From NCBI RefSeq assembly GCF_006345805.1, contig NC_043002.1, positions 72,478,001-72,542,000 of the forward strand: a stretch of DNA of 64,000 nt, in the 5' to 3' direction. A program made the position numbers and the translations under genes. This DNA is from Octopus sinensis. Taxonomy: Eukaryota. Within the stretch, counting starts at the first letter, position 1. Every line of letters begins with the position of its first letter. Shown here piece by piece: positions 40,460 to 53,474 of the stretch. Below the pieces are notes generated by a model, which was given only the letters and a program-made list of their open reading frames with translations, had not been told where the DNA came from and did not search any database.

Positions 40460-41065
40460 AACTGTAAACAAAACCGAACTGCATCTCATCTAAGCAAATT
40501 CTCTCCCTAATGAGATGGGTTATGACCCTCTCTGTGGCCTTCATCACCTGATCCAACAGTTTAATACCCCTGTAGTTATTTCTATCTAGAGCATCACCCT
40601 TACCCTTGTAGTAGTTGACTATGGTGCTGCTACGCCAGTCATTGGGTATGACTCCATTATGAACTACCTGGTTAACAATACGGGTGACTAGGCCATAGCC
40701 CGCATAACCAGCTGTTTTAAGCATCTCAGCAGTGATTCCTGATGGGCCGGGGGCTTTACCTGGTTTCATATCCTTAATTGCCTTAACTACAAGGGAGCTG
40801 TCTATTTGGATAGCTGGTCCCTCTACTGGGTCAACATTTGGCAGGCTCTCCTCCTCTCATTCATTCTCCACATTCAACAGTCTTTCATAATGGCTTCTCC
40901 AAGCCTCTTTCTTTTCACCAACAATAAAAGCAAGTGCCCCATCATCCATGCGGACACATTTCTCCCCTGTAACATCACTATTTTCTCTGACACACTGTCT
41001 AGCAATACGAAATACCTCAGTTCTTTGGTCCTCACGTCGCTAGACATTGGCAAACTTCTTTTCTG
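40460..41065 (-). pseudogene. RTE-clade LINE RT fragment
   Basis: MKPGKAPGPSGITAEMLK...YKGKGDALDRNNYRGIKLL...EMQFGFV. Confidence 0.9.
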
Positions 41066-41141
<76 letters not shown>

Positions 41142-41148
41142 TGTGTGT

Positions 41149-41192
<44 letters not shown>

Positions 41193-41193
<1 letters not shown>

Positions 41194-41295
41194 TGAAAGG
41201 CAAAATCGACCTCGGCGGAATTTGAACTCAGAACGTAACGGCAGACGAAATACGGCTACGCATTTCGCCCGGCGTGCTAACGTTTCTGCCAGCTC
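41193..41295 (-). mobile_element. SINE family B, 5' half
   Basis: atgaaaggcaaaatcgacctcggcgg...gctaacgtttctgccagct. Confidence 0.85.
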
Positions 41296-41879
41296 TTTGC
41301 TTTTTTAATATTAAATTTCTTGCCTTTTGCACAAATAAATACAATAAGTGAAATGAAACGCATTAGCTTAGAAACGAAATCTTGTTAGAAGCATCGTCAC
41401 TGAGATGCCACTTCTTAATAGCAAACGAAAGCAAGTACTAACAGAATGGAACATTTTCAATTTAATACATGTGGCTTATTAACTAGTTTTAAATATTGTT
41501 ATAGAAGGTGGCTGACTATAGGATCCTGGAAACATGAGTACGTTAAATAATTAGAAGGAGATTTCACGGATACATGCGGTTTGTTTACATTTAAGATGTT
41601 TAATACGTCACCAAATTGGTGGTCGAGACGGAGTAAATAAAATAAAGCCGAATGACGGAATATCATTGGTTAAAATTCTAATTATTAAACAACGTTAAAC
41701 TTAGAAGTTACAATTCCGTTTTCATTCTGGTTTACAATTAAGTTTACTTTTGACACATTCTACCAGTATACGAAGTTTCAAATTGTTTGGTTCAGTAGGA
41801 AAAATTTGAAAAAACTGGCTTCAGAATTGAAAAGATCCGAAAGTAATCAGATTCTTCCTAAGTTTATCTAACTCATGGC

Positions 41880-42660
41880 TGTTTAAATTATGGGTGACTA
41901 TAAGACCATCATCCTTGTATAATCTTGCATTTATAAAAGGGAATTCTAGGTGCAGATTATGCAAAATATAAAGTCATATAACCATAGTATCAGAACCATC
42001 CAAACGTGAACAAAGACTAGAGGAACTGACGGATACATTTATCCAAAGAGCCTTCCCTCCTAGCATAGTCACCAGCGGAATAAACAAGGCAAAACAGATG
42101 AATATCGATGAACTTAGAGAAACAAAAAACAAAAAAAAAACAAAAACGTCATACCATTTGTGTCAACCTTCAATCCCAGAAACACTGAAATATTTGATCA
42201 CATCCGCAAAAACCTTCCCATTTTATTTGCAGATGAAAAAAGATGAGGAAAATCTTAGAAAAAACACCAAATCATCAAATGTAAACGGCAACCCAAAACA
42301 CTTGGAGCAAAAACACACAAAGATCCGCCACCCACCCACCCAACCCAACTGTCACAAAAAAAATCGGAAGAACAAACTGTAGCAGTTGCCGTTACTTAAT
42401 TGAAGGACCAAAATTTAAATTCAAAGACGGTCAAACCTTCAAAATTAAATCCAATCTCACCTATGGCGCAGAAAACTCATCGCCAACAGATCCGAGACAA
42501 AAACACGAGGAAAATTCCTTTAAGCAGTCACATTGCAACCTGTGCAAGAATGAACTTAACCAATTTCAAAATCTTTCCCCTCTACAAGTTCTCGGATTTT
42601 TTCAACCAACAACAAAGATTAAATAAAGGCAATTTATTAACAAATATGAGCCACAATTGA
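41880..42660 (+). pseudogene. Decayed PLE C-terminal/GIY-YIG fragment
   Basis: RLEELTDTFIQRAFPPSIV...KAK and LSSHIATC...FKIFPLYK...KYEPQLN, paralleling the 13172-14000 PLE. Confidence 0.65.
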
Positions 42661-44283
42661 ATATAGAACGAACCGCTATAAGAACGGACACTTAAAAAAA
42701 CAATCATACATACTATTGTATTGGCATCCATTCTGTCTCGAGAGACAATGGAGTTGCGCATTTTTTTTTTCTTTTTTTTTTCTAGGTCTAGTCCGGCTGT
42801 TATATTTTATTTCCTGATACATTTCCTGCTGTGGCTGTGTAGTCCTATCCTGGACAAACACTCCCTCTGGCAGGTACTGCAAATGTAGCGAAGACTGTTC
42901 CTGGCTGGTTGTAGTGCCATGGTCTCTTGTTTACGTCTCTTCCTTTCTTTCCATTTCTCCTCTCTCTCTCTGTCACTCTTTTGTATTCCCTCTTTTACTG
43001 TACGTCGCTATTCTCCACGGTTGCCGGCAACTGCCTCCCAACCGCTAATATTGATGTTGCAGGCCTCATATCCCATACTATTGATTTGGTAAATACACAC
43101 ACAGACACACACACATAAACACAGCTAGAGACACTCGAAAGAAAACATTGCAAAACACACACATATATACACAGCAGGAGACAATCAAAAGAAAACTTTG
43201 CGGTTCAAACACACACTCACACCAAAAAGAAGGAAAACCTTAATTCCTTAATAGAATTCTTAACAAGACATTTATCACAACATACACACCCATTAATACA
43301 CAGCTGGTCACATTCCAAACATTGAAAGGACATTCAACACAATACACACACACACATACACACACACACATACACACACACTACACACACATACACACGC
43401 ACACAAGCACTCATTCACACACACAACTGGACATAAAACTCATTCAATAAATGCTTTTAAGCCACTCCCTTGGCAGGAATTCAGAGATTTTTTTAGACAA
43501 TAGACAACCATACCCCCTCTCCTTCTCTCTAACACCTTTAACTCTATACCGAATTATTAACAAACAGACTATATTTAAAGAAAACTTTACGGGCAAACTC
43601 CAGATATGCCCTAACTACCAAACAGAAGATAAATACAAACTATTTTTACTTCAAATTCCAAATTTTATTAATATTTGATAAGATGAAATTTATCATCGAA
43701 ACCGGCAGTATTTTATAACTTCTATATATAAAAAAATTAATGAATGAATAAAAAATTTAAATCATTTTATTCATTTCTTTCTAAATTAAAACGTCTTAAA
43801 TTTACTTTCGAGCTGTTTCCACCTCCATCTTTTATATTTTATAAATTTGATTTGTATAGATTTCTAATCTTTTCTTAACTATATATATTGCTCCAGCATG
43901 ACTGCAACCGCATGGCTTACACGAATAAAAGTGTATATACACATGCATACATATATATAAATATACATACGTATATGTTTATATTCATATATGTATAATT
44001 ATATGTGTGTGTGTATGTGTGTATACATACGACACACACAGAAGAGGGGAGATAGTTAAATTTTCCGTGGAGCTTACAGATTCATTAGCGTCGAAGCTTA
44101 ATCGATTTTTATGATGTGTAAATAACTGATAGGACAAGACACCCTTCTAAACAGTAACCCACTCTGTCACAGAGTTAAGCCCTCAGCTGATGGCACTGAT
44201 GGTACTCTGCAGAAAACAAAGAGACCCTGCTTTAGAAGATGGTTAATTTACATGCAGCGTGTTAAAAATAGTTTTGTTTTATA

Positions 44284-44849
44284 TTGGGTTGTCCGGAGAG
44301 TTCGTGCCAAATTTTAAAGGAAAGAAAAAGGTCAATAAATACTTGCCATTACATTTTTAATCAACCAAATATGAACCATTATGTCGCACAATGCGTCTCC
44401 ATCTTTCCTTTAACTTGAAAATACCCTCTTCCCAGAATTGAGGTGATTTCATGGCAAAGAATTCATCAAGGTATATTTTTACGTCAGCCAAGGAATTGAA
44501 ATTTTTACCATTAAAACTATTCTGCAGAGACCTGAATAAGTGGAAATCCGAAGGAGCAATATCTGGTGAATGTGGAGGGTGGGGTAACACACCACAGCCG
44601 AGCTGCAGCAATTTTTGTCTGGTTCCCAAAGCATCAAGTGCCGAAAATGAACTTTCTTATCTTCCATTTTAAAGGGTTACAGAATTAACACAGGTTATAG
44701 GAACATAAATCTTCTTCCACGAAAAGATAACTTAAACTGTGCTCTAAATGGAGATGTAGTCAAATCCTATTTTATGAACTCAACCATGTTCTAAAATAAG
44801 TCGAAATGTAAGCTACTATAAATCGGCACGAACTTTCCGGATAACCCAA
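44284..44849 (-). mobile_element. Internally deleted mariner (non-autonomous), both TIRs intact
   Basis: TA-flanked TIRs TTGGGTT(G/A)TCCGGA(G/A)AGTTCGTGCC, 566 bp. HPPHSPDIAPSDFHLF motif. Same deletion as 17598-18139. Confidence 0.93.
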
Positions 44850-45699
44850 TACTTTTAGTGTGGATTCATTAAAATTAAGCATATTCTGCTTTAGAAGTGT
44901 ATTAATTTGTACCTGTATCTGCTAAGTAAAATCATGATCTTCCTTTTCTCTGTTTAATTTTCATCTTAATAAGCATTATGCCGTATACCTTGTACATGAT
45001 AATACATTTTAAGAATTTTGAATGGATTAATGAATATTAAACAGACTCAGCTTTAGAAATGTATTAATTCTAATCCGTTAAATACAATTTAGTTTGTTTT
45101 TTCTTACTTTCATGTATATTTAAACTGTCTCCGGAAAACCATAATATCCAGAAATCTTGGTCACTTTCGATCCCAGACTCGCCAGATAATTGGTACGGTA
45201 TGCACTAGAAGATACTAAAATGATTGACAGGGAGAGTAGCTTCTCCTGAATCTGTGATAAACAAATCGCATACCATCTCGAAGGATATGCCTCTGCTATT
45301 CAAGAACAGGAGATAGCAAATAAATACCTGATGAATAAAAGAGATAAATATGCCTTCAAACCTCTTCGTTGTGATAGAAAATATCGATTTTTCTATACCA
45401 ATGTGGAAGATATCACACACATCAGCATGCCCAAAATATCCGCAAGATATTACCTTCCCATGATGATATTGCCAAAGCTGTTTCTAATGCTATTCGTAGT
45501 AAGGTTTGGCTTGATGGTCATACCAAAGACATACTATAACTAGAATGTAGTGACACTTTTAAAATAAGGAAACACTGGCGAGACATTTCTTTAAAAAAAG
45601 CAGCAATCCAATACAAACGACAGATCTGATATTCTTTTGTTCATTTTTGTATTGGTCAGCAGATGTTAATGTATTGTCTAAGGTCATAGAGGACGAAGT

Positions 45700-46400
45700 C
45701 GATCGCATCAACCCCCGTACCCAACTGGTACTTGTTTTATCGATCCCGAAAGAATGAAAGTCATGATCGATCCCGTTGGACCCGGAACGCAAAGCCAGAA
45801 GAAAAGCCGCTAAGCATTATGTCCAGCGTGCAAACGATGGCGTCGGACAAGATGCTTAGCTCTGTTTAATTATAACTCTTTACGGTCCATCCCGCTGAGA
45901 TCAACTTGGTCTTTCAGTTTGTTGTGATCGATAAAGTACCAGTCGTTTTATAATAATATAGCCACAGAATATCCTAGATGTAATGGAATTTAAAATAGAA
46001 GTCAAGAATATTTTATTACATTGGTTATGACTTATTCTTTATAGAAATCCATCCATCCTTAACTCTTTAACCGCGAAATTAAATTTCACGATTATGTTAA
46101 ATATCTGCCAAAAATAGAAATGGTATTTACTGCAAGTCACATTGTCTGAATAAACTTGACATCTCTCAACAAGAAATAATTTCAAATATTGCATTCCTCA
46201 ACAAAAGACATATTGGTATATAAAGCTGCTTAGGGTGGCGAGCTGGCAGAAGCGTTTGCACGCCGGGCGAAATGATTGGCGGTATTTCGTCTGCCGTTGC
46301 GTTCTAAGTTCAAATTAAGTACCAGTTGTGCACTAGGGTCGATCTAATCGACTGACCCCCTCCCCCAAAATTTCGAGCCTTGTGCCTTGAGCAGAAAATA
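45700..46400. mobile_element. Three SINE family B copies (about 45700-45850 -, 45850-45950 +, 46234-46400 +)
   Basis: Family B core and head motifs. Confidence 0.7.
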
Positions 46401-46414
46401 ATATATATAAATAT

Positions 46415-46990
46415 AGGACGCAGGCGTGGATGTGTGGTAAGAATCTTGCTTCTCAACCACATGACATTAGGTTCAGTCCTACTGCGTAGAACCTTGGGCA
46501 AGTGTCCCTCTGCTATAGCCTCGGGCCGATCAAAACTTTGTGAGTGCATTTGGTAGAGGGAAACTGAAAGAAGCCCGTCGTATGTGTGTGTGTGTGCGCG
46601 CCGTGTTTGTCCCCTCTCTGCCATCGCTTGACAACCGATGCTGGTGTGTTTGTGTCCCCTATAAATTAGCGGTTCATCAAAAGATACCGATAGAATACGT
46701 ACTAGGCTTACAAAGAATAAGTCTTGGTATTGATTTCTTCGACTAAAACCCTTTCGGGTGGTGCTGCAGCATGGCCGCAGTCAAATGACTGAAAGAAGTA
46801 AAATAATAAAAGAATAAAAGAATAAAAGAATAGATGCCGACATGACAGTGGGGTTGAGAAACTCGCTTTGCAACCACGTGATTTCAAGTTCAGTCTCACA
46901 GTTCGCACTTTGGGCAAGTATCTAGTTATAGCCCTGGGCCGACCAATGTGAATTTGATAGACGGAAACTGTATGGAAATCTGCCATGTGC
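46415..46990 (+). mobile_element. SINE family A (46415-46835) plus an older 5' fragment
   Basis: Family A head, GT tract and tail. Confidence 0.85.
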
Positions 46991-47186
46991 AAGTGTATAC
47001 ATACATACGAAACAGGGAGTAGTGAAAACATCGACAACTGATGAGGAGTTATCTTCTTTTGGTATTTTGTCCTGTACTTATCTCTCATGTGTTTACGTAT
47101 TTTTCACTCGTTGGTGATGTCCTGTACTTAAAGTGTGTTATTCATTTATTTATACATACATACAGACAGATATACATACTACATAC

Positions 47187-47774
47187 GCCGTCAACATCAG
47201 ACGTGCCGGTGTAGAGGACCGTTTAAAAAGTCCGTTTTGAACGCCTTTCTCTAGAAATATACCGACTTCTCCAGCCTAATTCGGTAACTGGCTTATTTCT
47301 TGAATAATTAATAAGAGAAACACCTTTTACTCACCAGCGTAGCGTTATCCTGAACAGATTTTAAAATATACATCTACAACACGTGGAAACTCGCTAACAC
47401 GATTATGGCTGAAACTAACACCACCACAGATGAAACTAACAACGTCAGCACCGATGATAACAGAACTACTTCATCGGTAAGTTATTTAAGAAGTAAATAC
47501 TCTTCTCATTTTACTTGGACTCAACAACTAAACCAAGATTTACTTCGGTGCTATATCTGGAATATGAATTCATATTCATATAGGCGCAGGAGTGGCTGTG
47601 TGGTAAGTAGCTTGCTAACCAGCCACATGGTTCCGGGTTCAGTCCCACTGCGTGGCATCTTGGGCAAGTGTCTTCTGCTATAGCCCCGGGCTGACCAATG
47701 CCTTGTGAGTGGATTTGGTAGACGGAAACTGAAAGAAGCCTGTCGTATATATATATATATATATGTGTGTGTGT

Positions 47775-47808
<34 letters not shown>

Positions 47809-48280
47809 TCCCCCTAGCATTGCTTGACAACCGATGCTGGTGTGTTTAGGTCCCCGTAACTTAGCGGTTCGGCAAAAGAGTCCATTAAAATAAGTACTGG
47901 GCTTACAAAGAATAAATCCCGAGGTCGATTTGCTCGACTAAAGGCGGTACTCCAGCATGGCCGCAGTCAAATGACTGAAACAAGTAAAAGAGTAAAAGAG
48001 TATACCAATAATAATTGGAACATTAGGATTTGCTATCAAATGCTTAAAGAAGAATCTGAATAAAGTGGGATTTTCAGAATGAGAAATCGACCGGCTAATT
48101 CGTGCAATACAAGTGCAATCTGTGAGTGGAACAGTAAATATATGCAAGACTTTTCTCAAGTTCCAAATGTGAATCTGTCCGCGTTAGCTATATCCCAAAG
48201 ACGGAGCTTTGTATCTTTGTTGGAAGCCGGCTCCCTCCTCAGTGGAAGATTTATAATAATTAAAAAAATAGAAGCGTCAT
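47187..48280 (+). mobile_element. Internally deleted R4/Dong-like LINE with a SINE at the deletion point
   Basis: ORF start MAETN...WTQQLNQDLLRCY at 47405. RLE end IPIIIGTLG...SVSGTVNICKTFLKFQM* at 48001-48172. ACAT repeats at both ends. Confidence 0.65.
47581..48000 (+). mobile_element. SINE family A, full length, near consensus
   Basis: ggcgcaggagtggctgtgtggtaag...caagtaaaagagtaaaagag. Confidence 0.93.
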
Positions 48281-49697
48281 ACATACATAGATACATGCAT
48301 GCACGTGTGTGTGCATGTATGTCTATGTTAATCACCCACCACCGCTTGACAACTGGTGTTGATTTGTTTACGTACCCGTAACTTAGCAGCTTGACCAACA
48401 GGCTAAGTGCCAGGCATTAAAAATTAGTCCTGGGGCCGATCTGTTCAAGTAAACCCTTCAAGTCTGTACGTCAAAATAGCTGCAGTCCAATGACTGAAAC
48501 AAATAAAAAAAGGTTTCAACTATTTGTCAGATTATTTTCAGCACAACTTAATATCAAAACAAACATTTCTATAAATACATTTCCGACTCATTTAACAAAT
48601 GATATATAGAGAGAGAGATTAATCCAATGTTTGTTCACGAACATCTTTTCTCAGAGCACAAGGATTGACCAAATCTGCCGGTACTTCAAGATCGCAGTCT
48701 AGTCATTAACGCACGTTTCAATCCGCATATCACTTTTATAGCTTTCTACTAGAAGAAAATGGGTCAAACTAATACAACTTCAATTTCCAGTTGATTCTAT
48801 TTCGTTTCGAGCAAGCGATGAAACTCGATTTTTAGAAAAAAGCAGCCAAATCACCCTCAAACCACGCCGTCTTAAGAAAATGTAGTTGTTGATATATATA
48901 TATATAAAAAGATGGGATAACTGTTGTTGGAAAACTTTTTATTATAGGTAAGCAATAATAAATCTCTGAACGCGGTATGAACAGTAGCTGTACGACAATG
49001 TGAAGAATATTTGCCTCCTAGTGGTTAGCCACATTTAAGTGGCAAATATACTTCACATTTTTATTATAGAACTGCTCATTTAACTCTGACCTGGAGTCAA
49101 CACATCGTTTCCAAGTAACCATGTAACTGCAACACTGTTTCTTGATCTACTTAAAGCTTAAGCAATGACTCTGCAGTGAAACTACATTTTATTAAATCAA
49201 ATGAAATACTAGATGCATTAAGGCTTAGCCGATTGGTTAAGAGATCAACTTCATAATCACGTAGTTACGAGTTGGCTCCATCCTACTCTGTCGTTCCTTG
49301 AGCAAACGTCGTCTATATCTTGTACCATACTCTGCAAGTTAACCCAAGCCTTTGTGAGAGAAATTGGTTAGACAAGAATCTGTGTAGAAGCCAGTCTCAC
49401 TGAATGGGCCTGTTGAATGAGTGGAAACTTAATCTGTTGCATTTAGGTGCCTTTATGGAGTAGAAAATATTTTGGACGACAAGGAGCCAGATTTGAGGAA
49501 AACCCACGAATTTGTTTATTTGTCCCTTCAGCCAATCTCGGAAGTCCTGACTTTCTGCTTATGATTAAACCACAAAAACAGTATTTTGCAATAATAGTAA
49601 AGAGGATCGACCTTCGGTCTTAAGTATGTGACCGCATGTGTACCGTTGGCGATTTTTTTCCTCCGTCTTCCCTTCTCTGGATCTTTCCTTTTCCTAT

Positions 49698-49732
49698 GTT
49701 TCTGACGAAGAGCTCCGCTCGAAACGTTAAAC
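49698..49732 (+). ncRNA. Minimal type I hammerhead ribozyme
   Basis: guuu-CUGACGA-A-GAGC ucc GCUC-GAA-ACGU-U-aaac. GUU triplet. Confidence 0.72.
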
Positions 49733-49849
49733 CCTCCTTCTTTCCTGAGCGTCCAATAATACTATATTTGTTCCGCGTCCTCGCGTTGTTTTGTTTTCTC
49801 TTTGTGTTTTCATGTTTGGATTAACTATATATATATAAAAAAAACACGT

Positions 49850-50270
49850 GATCACGTGACCGACCAGACTATCAGATGTTGTTACACATCGCTGGACACA
49901 ATCATATTTGCATTGTTTTACTCTTCGGATGACGCCATCCTGCTGGTTAGAAGAGCAGCAGGCCAACAGTCCCCCACTGATCGAAAGGGGGACTAGAGCA
50001 ACATGAAATGAAGTGTTTTGCTCAAAAACACAACGTACCACCAGATTTGGGAATCGAACCCACGATCTAACGATCGCGAGTGCAATACTCTAAACACGCC
50101 CTCATTTTATCTATAGTCGTTACATCGACTCCACTGCTCAACTGGTACTTATTCAGTTGATCCTGAAAGGATGGAAAGCAAGTGAGTTCAGCGGAATTTG
50201 AGCTCAGAACGTAAAGACAGACGAAATGCCGCTTAGCATTTTGTCCACCGTGCTAAGGATTTACAAGTTC
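49850..50270 (-). mobile_element. SINE family D (to about 50095) and SINE family B (about 50110-50270)
   Basis: gtgggttcgattccc head with ttgtgtttttgagcaaaacac, and gagctcagaacgtaaagacagacgaaat. Confidence 0.65.
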
Positions 50271-51084
50271 GCCAAACAATAGAAGTTACAGAGTGACTCG
50301 AGGGCTGAGAGTATCACGCGCAAGGGATTTGAAAATGCGCCTGGGCCTTAAAACGTGTGGTCGTTTTAAAATTTTGTAGCAGATTTATTAGAATATCAAA
50401 CTGGTTTCGACATCTTCTGTTTATTAATGGTAAATAAAAAATAAATAAATAAGATTCTAGAGGAGGTTAACCTTACAAGGAAAATTCAGAAAAACATGCT
50501 TAAAAGATGACATATTTATACAAATTCCAATATTCAATGAATTTCACACAGGTAAGCAGTAATAGAAGTTCAAATGTTCGATGAATTCCATTACATCATA
50601 CATGACTGAATGTTCAGTTATATTGAATAATATTAACAGTTAGATATGATGACTTTAAAAGAGTAACAAAAAAGAAAAGAACGAAAAAAGTTTTCCGAAA
50701 TTTTGCCTTGTAACTTTAACCTCACCTAAAACCTTATTTTTGTTTTTAATCATTGATCATCATAAAACTGACGAAACCGGTTTGGTACTTTAATAAATCT
50801 GTTGCAAAATTTTTAAGTGACCAAGTTTTAATACTCAGATGCATTTTCAAACCCCAAAACAAAAGTCTCCTAAAGTCTTTCCTGCGTAGACACAATTCTT
50901 TTCTCCATAAACACACACAAACACACCTATATATGCGTGTGTGTGTGTGTGTATGTATGTATGTATAAAGGTTAACATGCAGTTTAACTTCGTAAAAATA
51001 TGAAAGTAAATTGTCCTAAAAGAAACGGAAATGACAAGAGTGATACACCAACATTTGATAAAAAGAACAAAAAGAACTCCGATC

Positions 51085-51300
51085 CTGATCACATGCGCGA
51101 AACACTCTAGTCCATTATAAGGTATCAGATATTACCAATTTGATATCCGATGGTTGTTCTTCATACGTGGGTCTCGACAACTTCTATACTCATGAAGTTG
51201 TTAACGATTCCTTCAATCTTGTAGATCCAAACGATGACAGCATCCATACACAGACTGTATTGAAAGGCAGTGGATGCTTACCAAGAAACTGTTGACAATA
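51085..51300 (+). pseudogene. Merlin (IS1595/ISXO2-like) transposase relic
   Basis: PDHMRETL..II...I / LISDGCSSYVGL...YTHEVVNDSFNLVDP...IHTQT resembles the xISDxWxxY...HxxVNHSxxFVDP..HTQ motif. Confidence 0.65.
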
Positions 51301-51541
51301 TGGGACTAGTAGTGAAAGTAAATTGTCCGTCATCACTTCCGCTTTTGTTGTTGTTGTTGTTGGAGAGTTTACTTTCGATTTTTTTGCGACAGTAAACTAC
51401 ATTAACATTGTGAGTATAAATGTAAACAAATATTTGTTTCTTTATCAGAAGCGCTGAAATGTGTGGGTTTTTTTTTTGAACGCTGTGTGTGCGGAAATGG
51501 ATGCATCGCGTTCAATTAAATAGTAAATTATAACATATACA

Positions 51542-51574
<33 letters not shown>

Positions 51575-51719
51575 ATATACATGCATATATGGGTACTAGA
51601 CGTCACCAACGGTGCAAATAATATGAAATACGTAAACAAACGAGGGAAAACCGGGTGAAATACTTAAACAACGAGAAAAAATGGAAAACAGGACAAGTTA
51701 ACACAGAGAATGGACCCTT

Positions 51720-52240
51720 CATCAGTTGCCAGCTGTCTATCTACTCCTTATTTCGAATGGAATAGAATGGCCTCTCCTTGCACTTGCAGCCTGATTTTGT
51801 TGGTTTCCTTACCCCCACCCCTGATCCCCATGCTCCTCGATTTAGGGAGCTTAAACTTCATTCTGGCCCATGTCCCCATGTGTTCTAGCGAAGTCAGCAC
51901 TCTTTCTGCATCCACATGTACTGCAGTTGTTACCGTAATATCATCCACGAAGCCCCTTATTGGGTGCTGACAGCTGCCTGATTCCATTGTTGGTCCTTGG
52001 GCTTCTATATCAGTTGTTGATATGAGGAGATATATATACCCTTGATGAAAAAAATGAGAGAAATCATGCACCTAGTTATGATGCCTTTCTCAAGGTCTTG
52101 CCACCGAGTTGTAAAATGGGCTGTCCTGAAACGTAACTGGATACCTCCAAAATAACTGCTGATTATTTCCCTGATATGTTGGGGAATATGATAGCAGTCA
52201 AGGGCTGTGCGTATTTTCTCTTTCTTTCTCGCCCCTCTCT
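51720..52240 (-). pseudogene. HERO-like non-LTR RT relic
   Basis: WQDLEKGII, GP...SG..QHPIRGFVDDITVTT, WARMKFKLPKSRS. Confidence 0.65.
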
Positions 52241-52327
52241 CCTTTGTTTCATAGAACAAACCAGAAAAATAATTCTTTGCTTCGCTTCAATGAAAACACT
52301 TAGAAAACGATTTGTAAAAAAAATTAT

Positions 52328-52333
52328 TTTATT
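52328..52333 (-). terminator. Candidate polyadenylation signal of SSR2
   Basis: AATAAA on the minus strand about 30 nt after the SSR2 stop, followed by U-rich sequence. Confidence 0.5.
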
Positions 52334-52363
52334 TTATAAATTCTATATTAAATTACAACAGTG

Positions 52364-52474
52364 TCAGTTCCGTTTTGATCGTACATTGTCGTATTTCCTT
52401 TTGCTGCGGTACCAAAGCATGTAGGGTATTCCAAGAGAAGGCAAGGTCATAATAGCAAATATCAGCCAATCAAG
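52364..52474 (-). CDS. SSR2: TRAP-beta/SSR2, last coding exon (TM helix and cytosolic tail)
   Basis: Acceptor tttgctttcttttag. Translates [36 protein letters not shown] vs human [36 protein letters not shown]. Confidence 0.96.
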   Translation of the reverse strand, partial: LDWLIFAIMTLPSLGIPYMLWYRSKRKYDNVRSKRN

Positions 52475-52604
52475 CTAAAAGAAAGCAAAAACAATATATA
52501 AATATATATATGTGTGTGTGTGTGTAAATATATAGGATGGTGAATATTTTTAGAAATTTCACCACCAGTGGCCTAGCATGTATAAAAAGTCAATAGACAA
52601 CATA

Positions 52605-53227
52605 TTTTGACAGATGCATGTCCTTTCTAATACCAGTCACTTTACATAATGTGTTTAGATTCATTTTAATCATAGCACCAGCCCCAGAGAAGTTGCCTTG
52701 TCTTTAGCAAAACTAAACAGTCTCTTTGCTCTATCTTTGTTCATTTCAAGCAATGACCGAAAGGGTGAATAGAAGGGCAAGTAATGAAGGAGAGAGAGAA
52801 AGAGAGAGAACTAGGGCAAGAGGATGCTAAAAGAGGGATTTGGTTGACTATTACACAGGTACATTAAGCTAAGGATGAACTATTAAGATTTTTGACTTTT
52901 TAGTTGAGTTTAAATGTACACTATTTTATTTTAACATAAATTTGGACCCTCAACAAAAAAGTCAAAAATCTTAATAGTTCATCCTTAACTTAATGTACCT
53001 GTGTAATCCCTCTTTTAGCATCCTCTTGCCCTAGTTCTCTCTCCTTCATTACTTGCCCTTCTATTCACCCTTTCAGTCATTGCTTGAAATGAACAGAGAC
53101 AGAGCAAAGAGACTGTTTAGTTTTGCTAAGGACAAGGCAACTTCTCTGGGGCTGGTGCTATGATTAAAATGAATCCAAACACATTATGTAAAGTGACTGG
53201 TATTAGAAAGACATACATCTGTCAAAA
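52605..53227. repeat. Long inverted repeat (foldback), arms about 280-300 bp, 40-bp spacer
   Basis: 52605-52908 is the reverse complement of 52949-53227, apart from scattered substitutions and two ~10-bp indels. Confidence 0.95.
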
Positions 53228-53474
53228 CTACCCTAGAAATGAGACATAGAAGCAGGATGCAGACCCCATTTCATCTAAGATGATGAAGGCCAAGATGTCC
53301 TGTCTGACTAATGACAGCATGGAAAGCGGATGTAAAATGATGATGAAGTGAGTTTTATTACTATTTCAAGACAATAATACAAAGTCTGCACTTGGCTGTG
53401 GACAGAAAACAGGATTAGAATTGGTAGTGAACCCTATGCTTTTTTCTTTGCCCTAGCCCATAATCCTTTTACAA

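Noticed and set aside
47035-47060. CTGATGA followed by a GGAG/CTTC stem
   Set aside because: The GAAA half of the core is absent, so at most a broken ribozyme.
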